Shown: one piece after another, positions 1 to 10,309 of the stretch
How positions within the stretch are numbered: position 1 is the stretch's first letter
How the letters are laid out: every line of letters starts with the position of its first letter
Source: Bacteroidota bacterium
GTDB taxonomy: Bacteria; Bacteroidota; Bacteroidia; SXHM01
Reading direction: 5' to 3'
DNA length: 64,000 nt
Assembly (NCBI GenBank): GCA_947478465.1
Contig: CANJWH010000010.1
Coordinates: 991-64,990, forward strand
Made by a program: the position numbers and the translations under genes
The notes under the pieces: generated by a model
What the model saw: only the letters and a program-made list of their open reading frames with translations
Told to the model about the DNA's origin: nothing
Databases searched by the model: none

Positions 1-875
1 GGAATTTGTTGCGAGTTTACTTCGTTGGTGTAGTAACCAATCATCTCGTAATTGGCAACGCCTTCAATTACCTCCCAACTTGGAATTTGACTTTGTGTAT
101 AAACCAGACTGCCGTAAGTGCCCGCTACACCAACGCTTTCCTCAAAATCAAAACCGATGAACTTAATAGTTTTTTCAAAATTATAAGGAGCTAAAACCCG
201 CAAAGCTTGTAAGAAGCCAACTACACCTGAGCCATTGTCGTCTGCACCGGGTGCATCGCTCACTGTATCAAAATGTGCATCCACTATAAAGGTATTAGCC
301 TCACTTCCTAATCCTGCTTTTTTTCCGATGATGTTTTGTCCGGTATAACCTGCGCGTTGAAAATCCTGTCGGTAAACATTTAGTCCTGCATCTTGAAACC
401 TTTGTTCAATGGTGTCTTTCACTGCTTCCAGATGTGTTGGGTTAGCAGAATAATGACGTATACCCGAAGCAACAAATTCTAAATCGTTACGCAAAAGCAC
501 ACTGTCTACCTGGTCAACAATGTCCTGTATATTTGGAACTTGTCGGTCATCAGCGATTAGTCGGATAGAATAATTAGTCACGTTGCTGATGGTATCGTAA
601 TTCCAGATAATGTGTTTTCCTGTTCCGGGAACAATTGGAAAACCAACATCGCCAGTTACTGTTCCGCTTGAAACAACATAGTTTTCACCGTCAGCAGAAA
701 ATGCAATTTTGATGTCAACGTTATCATTTTCGTTATCAGCAACATCGTAGTCAATCAATACTTGCCCTGTGTTCCAGGGCGCAACAACCGAAACGTTTGA
801 AATAACCGGAACCTGATTTTGAGCAAGTGCAGCAGCAGAATAACAAATGAGAACGAGAGTAGAGTTTAATTTCAT
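1..875 (-). CDS. M28 family peptidase (aminopeptidase-like), N-terminal part; gene runs off left edge
   Basis: Reverse-strand frame open from the left edge to the ATG (complement) at 873-875. N-terminus MKLNSTLVLICYSAAALAQ is a signal peptide. Motif HFDTVSDAPGADDNGSGV is typical of M28 Zn-peptidases. The protein is truncated at the edge. Confidence 0.6.
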   Translation of the reverse strand, partial: MKLNSTLVLICYSAAALAQNQVPVISNVSVVAPWNTGQVLIDYDVADNENDNVDIKIAFSADGENYVVSSGTVTGDVGFPIVPGTGKHIIWNYDTISNVTNYSIRLIADDRQVPNIQDIVDQVDSVLLRNDLEFVASGIRHYSANPTHLEAVKDTIEQRFQDAGLNVYRQDFQRAGYTGQNIIGKKAGLGSEANTFIVDAHFDTVSDAPGADDNGSGVVGFLQALRVLAPYNFEKTIKFIGFDFEESVGVAGTYGSLVYTQSQIPSWEVIEGVANYEMIGYYTNEVNSQQI

Positions 876-973
876 ACTTAAATATATTGGTAAAACTGAA
901 AGGTAAATGTATAGAAACAAATCAAAATCATAAACTCTACCCATTCAGTAGATTTTATATTTTTGCAGCCCCG

Positions 974-1540
974 ATGAAATACATCAGTAAAAGAGAACGC
1001 AATAAATTAAAAGGCCACAAAGGACTTGCCGTGTGGCTTACCGGACTTTCGGGTGCCGGAAAATCAACTATTGCCGTTGAGCTGGAGCAACAACTTTTTG
1101 CAAAAAATATTCACACCTATACATTAGACGGAGATATTTTAAGAACCGGTTTGAATAAAGATTTATCCTTTACCGAAGAAGCCCGCAAAGAAAATATCCG
1201 CAGAACAGGTGAGGTTGCCAAACTGTTTGTTGATTCGGGAGCAGTTGTTATAGCTGCTTTTATTTCTCCTTTTGCAAGTGACAGAAACATTGTGCGCGAA
1301 TTGCTGGGCGAAGAATTTGTGGAGGTATTTGTAAATTGTCCTTTAGAAGTTTGCGAAGAACGTGATGTAAAAGGCTTGTATAAAAAAGCGCGCAAAGGCG
1401 AACTAAAAAATTTCACGGGAATTGACTCGCCTTACGAAACACCTGTTAATCCTGAATTAACATTGAATACACATTTACAGAGTTTAGAAATCTGTGTAAA
1501 TGAAATTCTTGAACACATTTTGCCAAAGATTGAATTATAG
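974..1540 (+). CDS. cysC: adenylyl-sulfate (APS) kinase
   Basis: LAVWLTGLSGAGKST P-loop and overall APS-kinase similarity. The ORF-track ATG at 887 is an upstream extension; the internal ATG at 974 (MKYISKRERNKL...) matches the usual CysC N-terminus. Confidence 0.85.
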   Translation: MKYISKRERNKLKGHKGLAVWLTGLSGAGKSTIAVELEQQLFAKNIHTYTLDGDILRTGLNKDLSFTEEARKENIRRTGEVAKLFVDSGAVVIAAFISPFASDRNIVRELLGEEFVEVFVNCPLEVCEERDVKGLYKKARKGELKNFTGIDSPYETPVNPELTLNTHLQSLEICVNEILEHILPKIEL

Positions 1541-1542
1541 AA

Positions 1543-2448
1543 ATGAATTCGTATAAACTTTCACACTTAAAAGAATTAGAATCCGAATCCATTTTTGTGA
1601 TTCGTGAAGTGGCTGCACAGTTTGAAAAACCGGCACTGCTTTTTTCGGGAGGCAAGGACAGTATTGTTTGCTTTCATCTGGCACGCAAAGCATTTTTTCC
1701 AGCTAACATTCCGTTTCCTTTAGTACATGTTGATACCGGACACAACTTTGAGGAGACACTTATTTACCGTGACAATCTTGCAAAAAAATACGGAGCACAA
1801 TTGCTCATTGGTTCGGTTCAGGAAAGTATTGACAGCGGAAGAGTGACAGAAGAAAAAGGCTACAATGCAAGTCGCAATGTTTTGCAAACGGTTACGCTGC
1901 TCGACACAATTGAAAAATATAAATTCGATGCCTGCATAGGCGGAGCGCGCAGAGACGAAGAAAAAGCAAGAGCCAAAGAGCGTTTCTTTTCACACCGCGA
2001 TGAGTTCGGTCAGTGGGACCCGAAAAATCAAAGACCGGAACTCTGGAATATTTTCAACGGAAGAAAAAATGTTGGCGAACACTTTCGTGTATTTCCAATC
2101 AGCAACTGGACTGAGATGGATGTGTGGCAATACATTCTGCACGAAAATATTGAAATGCCTTCCTTGTATTTCACACACGAACGGGAATGTTTTGTTAGAG
2201 ACGGAGTAATTTATGCGCATGCAAATGTTATTCCGTTAAAGCCAACAGAAAAAGTAGAAAAAATGCAGGTGCGTTTTCGCACCATTGGTGATATCAGTTG
2301 CACAGGTGCAGTGTTATCCACCGCAAATTCAGTAGAAGAGATTGTTGCTGAAGTTGCTGCAACCAGAGTAACAGAAAGAGGCAGCAGAATAGATGACAGA
2401 CGAAGTGAAGCAGCAATGGAAGACCGCAAAAAATCAGGATATTTTTAA
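1543..2448 (+). CDS. cysD: sulfate adenylyltransferase subunit 2
   Basis: PAPS-reductase-like ATP pyrophosphatase fold, LLFSGGKDS motif, about 300 aa. Immediately follows cysC. Confidence 0.9.
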   Translation: MNSYKLSHLKELESESIFVIREVAAQFEKPALLFSGGKDSIVCFHLARKAFFPANIPFPLVHVDTGHNFEETLIYRDNLAKKYGAQLLIGSVQESIDSGRVTEEKGYNASRNVLQTVTLLDTIEKYKFDACIGGARRDEEKARAKERFFSHRDEFGQWDPKNQRPELWNIFNGRKNVGEHFRVFPISNWTEMDVWQYILHENIEMPSLYFTHERECFVRDGVIYAHANVIPLKPTEKVEKMQVRFRTIGDISCTGAVLSTANSVEEIVAEVAATRVTERGSRIDDRRSEAAMEDRKKSGYF

Positions 2449-2449
2449 A

Positions 2450-3715
2450 ATGGATACACAGGGATATTTGGATATGGAGTTGTTGCGTTTTACAACCGCA
2501 GGTTCAGTTGATGATGGCAAAAGCACACTCATCGGAAGATTATTATATGATTCGAAATCAATTTTTGAAGACCAGTTAGATGCTGTAAAAGCAAGCAGCG
2601 AAAAAAAAGGATTGCAGCATGTTGATCTTTCACTTTTAACAGATGGCTTGCGAGCCGAGCGTGAACAGGGAATAACTATAGATGTTGCGTATCGCTACTT
2701 TGCAACACCTAAACGCAAATTCATTATTGCCGATACGCCCGGACATATTCAGTACACGCGCAATATGATTACAGGCGCATCAACTGCCAACCTTGCGCTG
2801 ATTTTAATTGATGCACGGAAAGGTGTGATTGAGCAAACCTGTCGCCATTCATTCATAGCATCGTTGCTAAAAATTCCACATTTGATTGTATGTGTAAACA
2901 AAATGGATTTAGTGGATTATAGTGAAGAAGTTTACAACCGCATTGTTGATGAATACAAAAAATTTGCTGCGCATCTCGATGTTAAGGATATTGAGTTTGT
3001 ACCAATCTCTGCGTTGCATGGCGATAATGTAGTTGACCGTTCCACTAACATGGATTGGTTCAAAGGTTCACCACTTTTAAATACGCTGGAAAATGTACAT
3101 ATCGGCAGTGACTGGAATCATGAAGATGCGCGGTTTCCGGTTCAATATGTTATTCGACCCCATACAGATGCGTTCCATGATTACCGCGGCTATGCCGGAA
3201 GAATTGCCGGAGGAGTTTTTAAACCGGGTGATGAAGTTGTTGCACTTCCTTCGGGCTTTACATCAAAAATAAAATCCATTGCAACGTTGGATGGAGATTT
3301 GTATGAGGCTTTCGCACCGATGTCAGTTTCTATTACGTTGGAAGATGAGATAGACATTAGTCGCGGTGATATGCTTGTAAAAAAAGGAAATCAACCTGAA
3401 AACACACAAGACGTGGATGCAATGTTATGCTGGCTCAATAATAAGTCGCCACAACCCGGTGCAAAATATTTTTTGAAACACACCAGCAATGATGCTCGTG
3501 CTGTTATCAAAGAAATAAATTACAAGGTTGACATCAACACACTTAATAAACAGGAAGAAGACAAGAGTGTGAAAATGAATGATATTTTCCATGCACGTTT
3601 ACGCACCACCAAGCCCTTATTCACAGACAGCTACAACCTTAACCGTATTACCGGAAGCCTTATTCTTATTGACGAAGGCACCAACGAAACAGTGGCCGCG
3701 GGAATGATTCAGTAA
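2450..3715 (+). CDS. cysN: sulfate adenylyltransferase subunit 1 (GTPase)
   Basis: LLRFTTAGSVDDGKSTLIGRLL G1 motif, DTPGH and NKMD GTPase motifs. ATG at 2450 lies 2 nt after the cysD stop; the ORF-track start at 2393 is an in-frame upstream alternative. Confidence 0.9.
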   Translation: MDTQGYLDMELLRFTTAGSVDDGKSTLIGRLLYDSKSIFEDQLDAVKASSEKKGLQHVDLSLLTDGLRAEREQGITIDVAYRYFATPKRKFIIADTPGHIQYTRNMITGASTANLALILIDARKGVIEQTCRHSFIASLLKIPHLIVCVNKMDLVDYSEEVYNRIVDEYKKFAAHLDVKDIEFVPISALHGDNVVDRSTNMDWFKGSPLLNTLENVHIGSDWNHEDARFPVQYVIRPHTDAFHDYRGYAGRIAGGVFKPGDEVVALPSGFTSKIKSIATLDGDLYEAFAPMSVSITLEDEIDISRGDMLVKKGNQPENTQDVDAMLCWLNNKSPQPGAKYFLKHTSNDARAVIKEINYKVDINTLNKQEEDKSVKMNDIFHARLRTTKPLFTDSYNLNRITGSLILIDEGTNETVAAGMIQ

Positions 3716-4771
3716 TTACAGAGCAGGAGCTTTTTTGTATTCAGCAGGAACATCTCCTGTCAGCGATTTTAAAAATGCTTCAACCGAATTTATTTCTTCG
3801 GGGCTCATGCGATAAGCTAATTGAGCAACAGCCATAATCTGAATTGCTTTTTTAAGATCAACAACGCTGCCATCATGAAAATATGGATGGGTTTTTTCTA
3901 TGTTGCGAAGTGAAGGAACTTTGAACATATACTTATCATCTTGCTGTTTTGTAACTGCGGCCCTTCCTTCATCAATTTTTTTGCTTTCAGTCAGCGTCCA
4001 GTATTCACGGTGAACACCAAATTTCTGCATCATGCTTCCACCTAAAGTTACACCATTGTGACAGGTTGTACAACCTATTTTTATAAAATTATTTAGTCCT
4101 TTTTTTTCGTCCAGCGTTAGCGCAGTATTATCACCTGCAAGGTATTTATCAAAACGTGAAGGCGTTATCAACTTGCGCTCAAAAGCAGCAATTGCTTTAC
4201 GCATGTTTTCATAAGTAATTCCTTTTCCCGGAAAAGCTTCGTTGAATAGTTGCTTGTATTCAGGAACTGTGGAAAGACGTTTTACTAAAAATGTCTCATC
4301 AGGAATTTCCATTTCAACGGGATTTAATATAGGCATCCCTGCTTGTTCTTCGACATCTTTTGCACGGCTGTCCCAGAATTGTGTCGTATGCAATGCAGCA
4401 TTCAAAACAGTAGGTGAATTACGGTCGCCATTTTTTCCTGCATCACCCGGTGAGGTGGGTAAATTATCCACTCCAAAAGTTTCCAGATTGTGGCAGGAGT
4501 TGCAACTGATTTTTCCTTCTTTTGATAAACGCGTATCAAAATATAAAGCATGACCAAGCTTTACTTTTGCATCCGTAATCGGATTGTCAGGGTTTTCTGC
4601 AACTGCCGTTAATGCTGCAAAAGCAGATAATCTTGGTTTTATTTCCGCATCTATTTTTGCTTCTTCATTTTCTGTGCTTACTTCCTGTTTTTGTTCTGGT
4701 TGCGAAGAACAACTGTTTAGAAAAAGAGCGACAGAAATTGCTGCTGTAAAGTAAAGATTGAATTTGTTCAT
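3716..4771 (-). CDS. di-heme cytochrome c peroxidase
   Basis: Two CXXCH motifs (CNSCH, CTTCH). Lipoprotein-type signal (LFLNSC). Length and overall similarity match the bacterial CCP/MauG family. Confidence 0.85.
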   Translation of the reverse strand: MNKFNLYFTAAISVALFLNSCSSQPEQKQEVSTENEEAKIDAEIKPRLSAFAALTAVAENPDNPITDAKVKLGHALYFDTRLSKEGKISCNSCHNLETFGVDNLPTSPGDAGKNGDRNSPTVLNAALHTTQFWDSRAKDVEEQAGMPILNPVEMEIPDETFLVKRLSTVPEYKQLFNEAFPGKGITYENMRKAIAAFERKLITPSRFDKYLAGDNTALTLDEKKGLNNFIKIGCTTCHNGVTLGGSMMQKFGVHREYWTLTESKKIDEGRAAVTKQQDDKYMFKVPSLRNIEKTHPYFHDGSVVDLKKAIQIMAVAQLAYRMSPEEINSVEAFLKSLTGDVPAEYKKAPAL

Positions 4772-4894
4772 TGTTATAGGTTTTAAAATTTCAAAAATAG
4801 TATACGTATTGGTTAAACTGTGTAACCGATGTTACAAAAACAACTAAAATAAATCTTTGTTCAAATTATCGGATATTTGGAACTTCTTTACAGC

Positions 4895-5995
4895 ATGAAA
4901 AATTTACACGTTTTTCTACTATTGTTTATTGCATCTGGCAATTTGTTTGCGCAGGAAAATCTGCTTTCCAACTCAGATTTTGAAAAACACAAAGCTTTGC
5001 CTACTGATATAGGGCAAGGAAAAAATTGTCTGTCAGATTGGATAAACCAGGTATTGGAGGGTGGTGGTGATTATTATCATGCCGATTCAAAGGGTACAAA
5101 ATCTAATACAAGCAGGAATTATTTTGGCAAACAAGAACCTCATTCGGGCAAAGCTTATGCAGGTATTTGTATCACCAGAAATTACCGCGAATACCTTCAA
5201 ACTCAATTAAGAAAACCGCTCGAAAAAGGGAAAAAATATAAAGTGGAATTGTACATCAGTCGTGGTGATGCAAAGTGGTTGGGTTCAATGAAAGGTTTCT
5301 GTATCATTTTTTCTTCTGATACTTTCAGACTTGAGAAATACGGACCTCTAATCTCAAAACCGTCTATGGTTTTCAGAAATGAAGCCGGATACAATAACTC
5401 AGAAGAATGGGTGCAGTTAAGTCAGATTTATGAGGCAGATGGTACAGAAAGGTATCTTACATTCGGTTGCTTTGTTTATCGCGAAAAAACAGAATTCGCA
5501 ATTATGAATTACAATGTTGAAATTCCCGGAAAAAGAAATTACGCCCACTATTTTATTGATGATTTTACTTTAATTCCTTTGGATGAAAAAATAATTCCGG
5601 TTGAAGTTGTTGAACAAAAACCTTCTGAAATTGAAGCACAGAAAATGTATGAAACAGGCAAAGCCCACATTTTTAAAAATATTGTTTTTGAATCGGGGAA
5701 AGCAGATTTGCTGCCTTCATCGTTTAATGAGTTAAACGAACTTGCAGATTATCTAATTAACAATCCAGCTGTGAGAGCAAATATTATTGGACATACCGAT
5801 AATATTGGGAAGAAAGAAGATAACCTTGCGCTTTCAAAAAACCGGGCCCAAACAGTTATAAATTTTCTTAAAGAAAAAAACATCAGCGCATCAAGGCTTT
5901 CTTTTGACGGGAAGGGTGACATGGAGCCAATTTCTAAAAACGAGACTGAAGAAGGCAGACAAATTAACAGAAGGGTTGAAGTAGTGTTTCAATAA
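4895..5995 (+). CDS. OmpA-family protein (unknown N-terminal domain + C-terminal OmpA/peptidoglycan-binding domain)
   Basis: C-terminal OmpA-like domain (TDNIGKKEDNLALSKNRA...NRRVEVV). Signal peptide MKNLHVFLLLFIASGNLFAQ. ORF-track ATG at 4877 is an alternative start. Confidence 0.7.
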   Translation: MKNLHVFLLLFIASGNLFAQENLLSNSDFEKHKALPTDIGQGKNCLSDWINQVLEGGGDYYHADSKGTKSNTSRNYFGKQEPHSGKAYAGICITRNYREYLQTQLRKPLEKGKKYKVELYISRGDAKWLGSMKGFCIIFSSDTFRLEKYGPLISKPSMVFRNEAGYNNSEEWVQLSQIYEADGTERYLTFGCFVYREKTEFAIMNYNVEIPGKRNYAHYFIDDFTLIPLDEKIIPVEVVEQKPSEIEAQKMYETGKAHIFKNIVFESGKADLLPSSFNELNELADYLINNPAVRANIIGHTDNIGKKEDNLALSKNRAQTVINFLKEKNISASRLSFDGKGDMEPISKNETEEGRQINRRVEVVFQ

Positions 5996-6045
5996 GTTAG
6001 TCCTGCTATTCATTTAATTTCTAATTTCGCGCAAAATATAAACAC

Positions 6046-6918
6046 ATGAAACAGACTCTTCGAATCCTAACCATTCTGATTCTTACTGCAAGCGTAACTT
6101 CCTGCGTAAGCAAAAAGAAATTCCTTGAATTACAATCTAAAAAAGAAAGTGAACTTAAAAACGCCAACGAATTATTAATGAAGTGCGAAGATGAACGCAA
6201 CCGTTATTCAACTGACCTTATTGAAGCTCGCACTTCGCTTAAATATTTGACTGAACAACTTACAGATTGTAAACAACAACGAGACAAACAAGTTACACAG
6301 GTTGGTGATTTAACTGTTCTCTCACAGGCAGCAAATCAGAACATTAATAAAACGCTGGAACAGCTGGAGAAAAAAGATAAATACATTCAACTCTTGCAGG
6401 CTGCAAAAACAAAAGCCGATTCAATTAATCTTGCTTTAGCTGTTAACCTGAAAGGAGTTTTGAAAGAAGGTTTGGATGACAACGATGTTGAAATAAAAGT
6501 GGACAAAACAGTTGTTTTCATTAATCTTTCAGATAAAATGCTTTATCAAAGCGGAAGCGCAAATCTTACTTCGCGTGCAAAAGAAGTGCTTGGTAAAATA
6601 GCGGCTATAGTTAGTTCAAGAACCGAAATGGAGGTGATGGTAGAAGGTTATACTGACAGTGTGCCAATTAAAAACGATTGTACTGCCGACAATTGGGATT
6701 TAAGCGTAAAACGCGCAACAGCAGTAGTTCGTGTATTGCAAAACGATTATAAAATTGATCCGAATCGTCTTATTGCAGCCGGTCGCGGGCAGTTCAATGC
6801 ACTTGCAGCTAATGATACTGAAGAAGGACGTGCTACCAATCGCAGAACACGCATCATCATTTTACCGAAACTTGATCAGTTTTATGATTTGCTGAACCCT
6901 GCAAAAGCAGCGGAATAA
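6046..6918 (+). CDS. OmpA/MotB-family lipoprotein with coiled-coil region
   Basis: Lipoprotein signal (LTASVTSC). Central coiled-coil-like region. C-terminal OmpA domain (NRRTRIIIL). Confidence 0.7.
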   Translation: MKQTLRILTILILTASVTSCVSKKKFLELQSKKESELKNANELLMKCEDERNRYSTDLIEARTSLKYLTEQLTDCKQQRDKQVTQVGDLTVLSQAANQNINKTLEQLEKKDKYIQLLQAAKTKADSINLALAVNLKGVLKEGLDDNDVEIKVDKTVVFINLSDKMLYQSGSANLTSRAKEVLGKIAAIVSSRTEMEVMVEGYTDSVPIKNDCTADNWDLSVKRATAVVRVLQNDYKIDPNRLIAAGRGQFNALAANDTEEGRATNRRTRIIILPKLDQFYDLLNPAKAAE

Positions 6919-7012
6919 AAGAACTCAGGTGCTTTGGGCAGGAGTTCAAAAATAATTCCCGCCCAAACACCATTTTTTTATCTTTGCCGCCAACCAACGG
7001 AATTCTAACCAG

Positions 7013-8308
7013 ATGAATATAATGGCAGCCACCACCACCCGCGAATTAATCGTATCCGAAGTAGCAGAGAACCTAATTGCCAGCGAGATTATAAAAATCG
7101 CCAACGAGGTAAACGAGAAGATTAAGAACGGTGAGAAAATATATAACCTCACTATCGGAGATTTTAACTCCAATATTTTCCCAATCCCTGATGGATTGAA
7201 AGCTGAAATAATAAAAGCTTACGAAAATAATCAGACCAATTATCCGGCAGCCAATGGAATTCCTGAACTGCGCAAATCGGTTTCAAAATATCTGAAACGC
7301 AAAGGGCATTTGGATTATTCTGAAAATCAAATTCTGATTTCTGCTGGAGCTCGTCCATTGATTTATGCGACTTTCACAGCTCTTTTAGACCCGGGTGATA
7401 CAGTAATTTATCCTGTTCCAAGTTGGAATAATAACCACTACACACATCTTTCTTCTTGCAAAAAAGTAGAGATAGAAACCACTGCCGAAAACAAATTCAT
7501 GCCTTCAGCCGCAGATTTAAAACCTCATTTAGCTGATGCCACAGTAGTTGCTCTTTGCTCACCGCTAAACCCAACTGGAACCATGTTCAGCAAAGAAGGG
7601 TTGGAACAAATCTGTGATTTAATTCTGGAAGAAAATGCAAAGCGTGAAGAAGGCAGAAAACCACTTTATCTCATGTATGACCAGATATACTGGGCATTAA
7701 CCATGACCGGTAATAAGCATTATGATCCGGTTAGTTTGCGCCCTGAGATGCGTAACTACACCATTTACATTGATGGAATTTCAAAAGCATTTGCATCAAC
7801 AGGTGTTCGCGTGGGTTGGGCGTTTGGGCCGCAAAAAATAATTGACAAAATGCGCGCATTGCTTTCACACGTTGGTGCCTGGTCGCCAAAAGCAGAACAG
7901 GTTGCAACCTCAGTTTTTCTGGAAAAAGAAAACGAAGTAGATGAATACCTGACCTGGATAAATAAAAATGTTTCTGAACGTTTAGCCGGTTTTTACAACG
8001 GTTTTCAGACATTGAAGAACGAAGGATTTGCAGTAGATTCAATTGCTCCGCAGGGCGCCATGTATCTTACTGTTCAGTTTGCGTTGCATGGCTACAGAAC
8101 TGAAACAGGAAAAACACTTGCTACTACACAAGATATCACCAGCTATTTATTAGATGAGGCTAAAACAGCATTAGTGCCTTTCTATGCTTTTGGCACTTCA
8201 TCAGAATCAAATTGGTATCGCCTTTCCATAGGCACTGTAAAAACCGAGGATATTGAAAAAGTAATTGCACAAATGCGCACTGCGCTTTCTAAATTGAAAA
8301 AAGGGTAA
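7013..8308 (+). CDS. PLP-dependent aminotransferase, class I/II
   Basis: Fold-type I aminotransferase. Lys motif SKAFASTGVRVGW. About 430 aa. Confidence 0.8.
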   Translation: MNIMAATTTRELIVSEVAENLIASEIIKIANEVNEKIKNGEKIYNLTIGDFNSNIFPIPDGLKAEIIKAYENNQTNYPAANGIPELRKSVSKYLKRKGHLDYSENQILISAGARPLIYATFTALLDPGDTVIYPVPSWNNNHYTHLSSCKKVEIETTAENKFMPSAADLKPHLADATVVALCSPLNPTGTMFSKEGLEQICDLILEENAKREEGRKPLYLMYDQIYWALTMTGNKHYDPVSLRPEMRNYTIYIDGISKAFASTGVRVGWAFGPQKIIDKMRALLSHVGAWSPKAEQVATSVFLEKENEVDEYLTWINKNVSERLAGFYNGFQTLKNEGFAVDSIAPQGAMYLTVQFALHGYRTETGKTLATTQDITSYLLDEAKTALVPFYAFGTSSESNWYRLSIGTVKTEDIEKVIAQMRTALSKLKKG

Positions 8309-8344
8309 ACAGTGTAGAGACCGGACGCGAACGTCTTTACAAGA

Positions 8345-9439
8345 ATGGGAATGAAAAATAATTACGTTGTAATAATGGCAGGCGGGGTAGGAACAAGGTT
8401 CTGGCCTATGAGCCGCACTCCGCACCCAAAGCAATTTCTGGATGTGTTGGGAACAGGTAAAACACTAATACAACAGACCTACGATCGTTTTCAAAAAGTT
8501 TGTCCGCCAGAAAATATTTTTGTGGTAACCAATGAAAGTTACCGTGAACTGGTAAAGGAGCAACTACCTGCTCTTACCAGCGAACAAATCATTTGCGAAC
8601 CAAGTCGCAAGAATACTGCTCCCTGTGTAGCTTATGCTGCTTTTCGCCTCAGCTCTATAAACCCTGATGCGAATATGGTGGTGGCCCCTTCAGACCATCT
8701 TATTCTTAATACCGAAGGTTTTGTGAGTGTTATCAATAAAGCACTGGAAACAACGGCAAAGTATAATGTGTTATGTACGCTTGGAATAAAACCTTCGCGC
8801 CCTGATACCGGTTACGGATACATTCAGTTTAACGAACAGGAATTTTTAAACGGAAGTGGCGAGGTAAGAAAAGTAAAAACTTTTACCGAAAAGCCTGACC
8901 TTGATATGGCAAAGCAATTTCTTGCCAGCGGTGATTTTTTATGGAATTCAGGAATTTTTATCTGGTCTGCAAAAAGTATTCTTAGCGCTTTCCGTGACCA
9001 TTCCAGTGAGATGTTTCAGGTTTTTGGCGAAGGAAAAACACTTTACGGAACACCTGGCGAAGAAGCATTTATTAAAAAAGCATATACCGTTTGCAAAAAT
9101 ATTTCCATTGACTATGCCGTAATGGAAAAAGCAAAAAACGTTTACGTTCTGTCTGCAGACATCGGCTGGAGCGACCTCGGGACATGGGGTTCACTCTATG
9201 AATATGCTGATAAAAATTCAGACGGAAATACCATCATCGGAAAAAATGTGGTGGTTTACGATACCAAAAACTGTATTGTTAATGTTCCTAAAGAAAAGTT
9301 AGTTGTATTAGAAGGACTGGAAGACTATATAGTAGTTGAGTCTGACGGAATACTATTGATTTGCCGTAAAACAGAAGAGCAGAAAATCAAGTTGATTGTA
9401 AATGATGTTACAATCTCTAAAGGCGAAAAGTTCGTTTAA
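8345..9439 (+). CDS. mannose-1-phosphate guanylyltransferase
   Basis: MAGGVGTRFWPMSRTPHPKQFL nucleotidyltransferase motif. 364 aa without an isomerase domain, i.e. ManC-type. Confidence 0.85.
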   Translation: MGMKNNYVVIMAGGVGTRFWPMSRTPHPKQFLDVLGTGKTLIQQTYDRFQKVCPPENIFVVTNESYRELVKEQLPALTSEQIICEPSRKNTAPCVAYAAFRLSSINPDANMVVAPSDHLILNTEGFVSVINKALETTAKYNVLCTLGIKPSRPDTGYGYIQFNEQEFLNGSGEVRKVKTFTEKPDLDMAKQFLASGDFLWNSGIFIWSAKSILSAFRDHSSEMFQVFGEGKTLYGTPGEEAFIKKAYTVCKNISIDYAVMEKAKNVYVLSADIGWSDLGTWGSLYEYADKNSDGNTIIGKNVVVYDTKNCIVNVPKEKLVVLEGLEDYIVVESDGILLICRKTEEQKIKLIVNDVTISKGEKFV

Positions 9440-9444
9440 TTTCT

Positions 9445-9504
9445 CGTTACCCTGAACTTGCTTCAGGGCCTATTCTGAGATGCTGAAACAAGTTCAGCAT
9501 GACG
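9445..9504. repeat. palindromic intergenic repeat element, copy 1 (family CGTCAcccTGAACTTGTTTCAG-spacer-CTGAAACAAGTTCAGCATGACG)
   Basis: Sequence cgttaccctgaacttgcttcagggcc...gatgctgaaacaagttcagcatgacg sits between two convergent genes. The two arms are inverted copies, and each arm can also fold as its own hairpin. Confidence 0.8.
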
Positions 9505-9509
9505 TAATG

Positions 9510-10259
9510 TTAGTTTGTAAACTTCTTATACTGATCATCCACCGCCTTATCTACAGGCAGCAAAATTTTCCCGAACATAATTATTGCTTTTGCTGAGTCG
9601 GCATAGCTTTGGTCTTTTAACAGGTTTGAATAATTTACAAACGCATCAGAAAGTGACGCTTCAATAAGTTTTGGGGCTCTGTAAGTTCCTTCCTGTGCGC
9701 TTTTTTCTAGCTGAGGCATTGCATCGTTCAGGCTTTTGTAGGCTTCGCTGCCGTTGCGCATAAGTGCATCACACACACCTTTTACAAACAAAAGCTCAAA
9801 ATTATCGGGGTCAAGTTTTACCAATGGTTTGTAGTAATAAGATGATGCTTTGCTGTAGTCTTTTTTATCAACCAATGCTTTTGCTTCTTCCAGACAAGTC
9901 TGGCGAAGTTTGTCTAAGTACTCGCTGTTGTCTTTGTAGAAATTTAATTCTTTGTCATAGGTTTTCATTTTCACTGCATACTTCAGTGCATCTTTTAAAG
10001 CTGATTTGTAATACTCTTTTATTTTGGCGTCTTCAGAGAAATGGAACTCATAATAACACATGCTGATGTAGAGATAAGGCTCGGGATTTTTTGCATATTT
10101 CTCGCTTTCAGTATAGGTCTCGGCTTTATAGGCGCAGTCTTCAAACTTTCCTTTATCATAAAGTTCTTCAAGTTTAATCAATTCCCCACCGATTACTTGT
10201 GCTGATAATTTAGAAGTAATAAGTATGATGCAGGATGCAATTGTAAAAATGTATTTCAT
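9510..10259 (-). CDS. hypothetical secreted protein
   Basis: Signal peptide, Lys/Tyr-rich, helical-repeat-like. No recognisable catalytic motif. Confidence 0.55.
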   Translation of the reverse strand: MKYIFTIASCIILITSKLSAQVIGGELIKLEELYDKGKFEDCAYKAETYTESEKYAKNPEPYLYISMCYYEFHFSEDAKIKEYYKSALKDALKYAVKMKTYDKELNFYKDNSEYLDKLRQTCLEEAKALVDKKDYSKASSYYYKPLVKLDPDNFELLFVKGVCDALMRNGSEAYKSLNDAMPQLEKSAQEGTYRAPKLIEASLSDAFVNYSNLLKDQSYADSAKAIIMFGKILLPVDKAVDDQYKKFTN

Positions 10260-10309
10260 TATTTATTTTTTGTGAAGCGCAAAAATAGTTTTTTACTTTT
10301 ATCGCACCG

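Noticed and set aside
6-194. 62-aa plus-strand ORF at the left edge
   Set aside because: Lies antisense inside the better-supported M28 peptidase gene (1-875, minus). No start context or similarity.
1117-1416. 99-aa minus-strand ORF inside cysC
   Set aside because: Ser/Thr-rich, low-complexity antisense frame of a confidently assigned gene.
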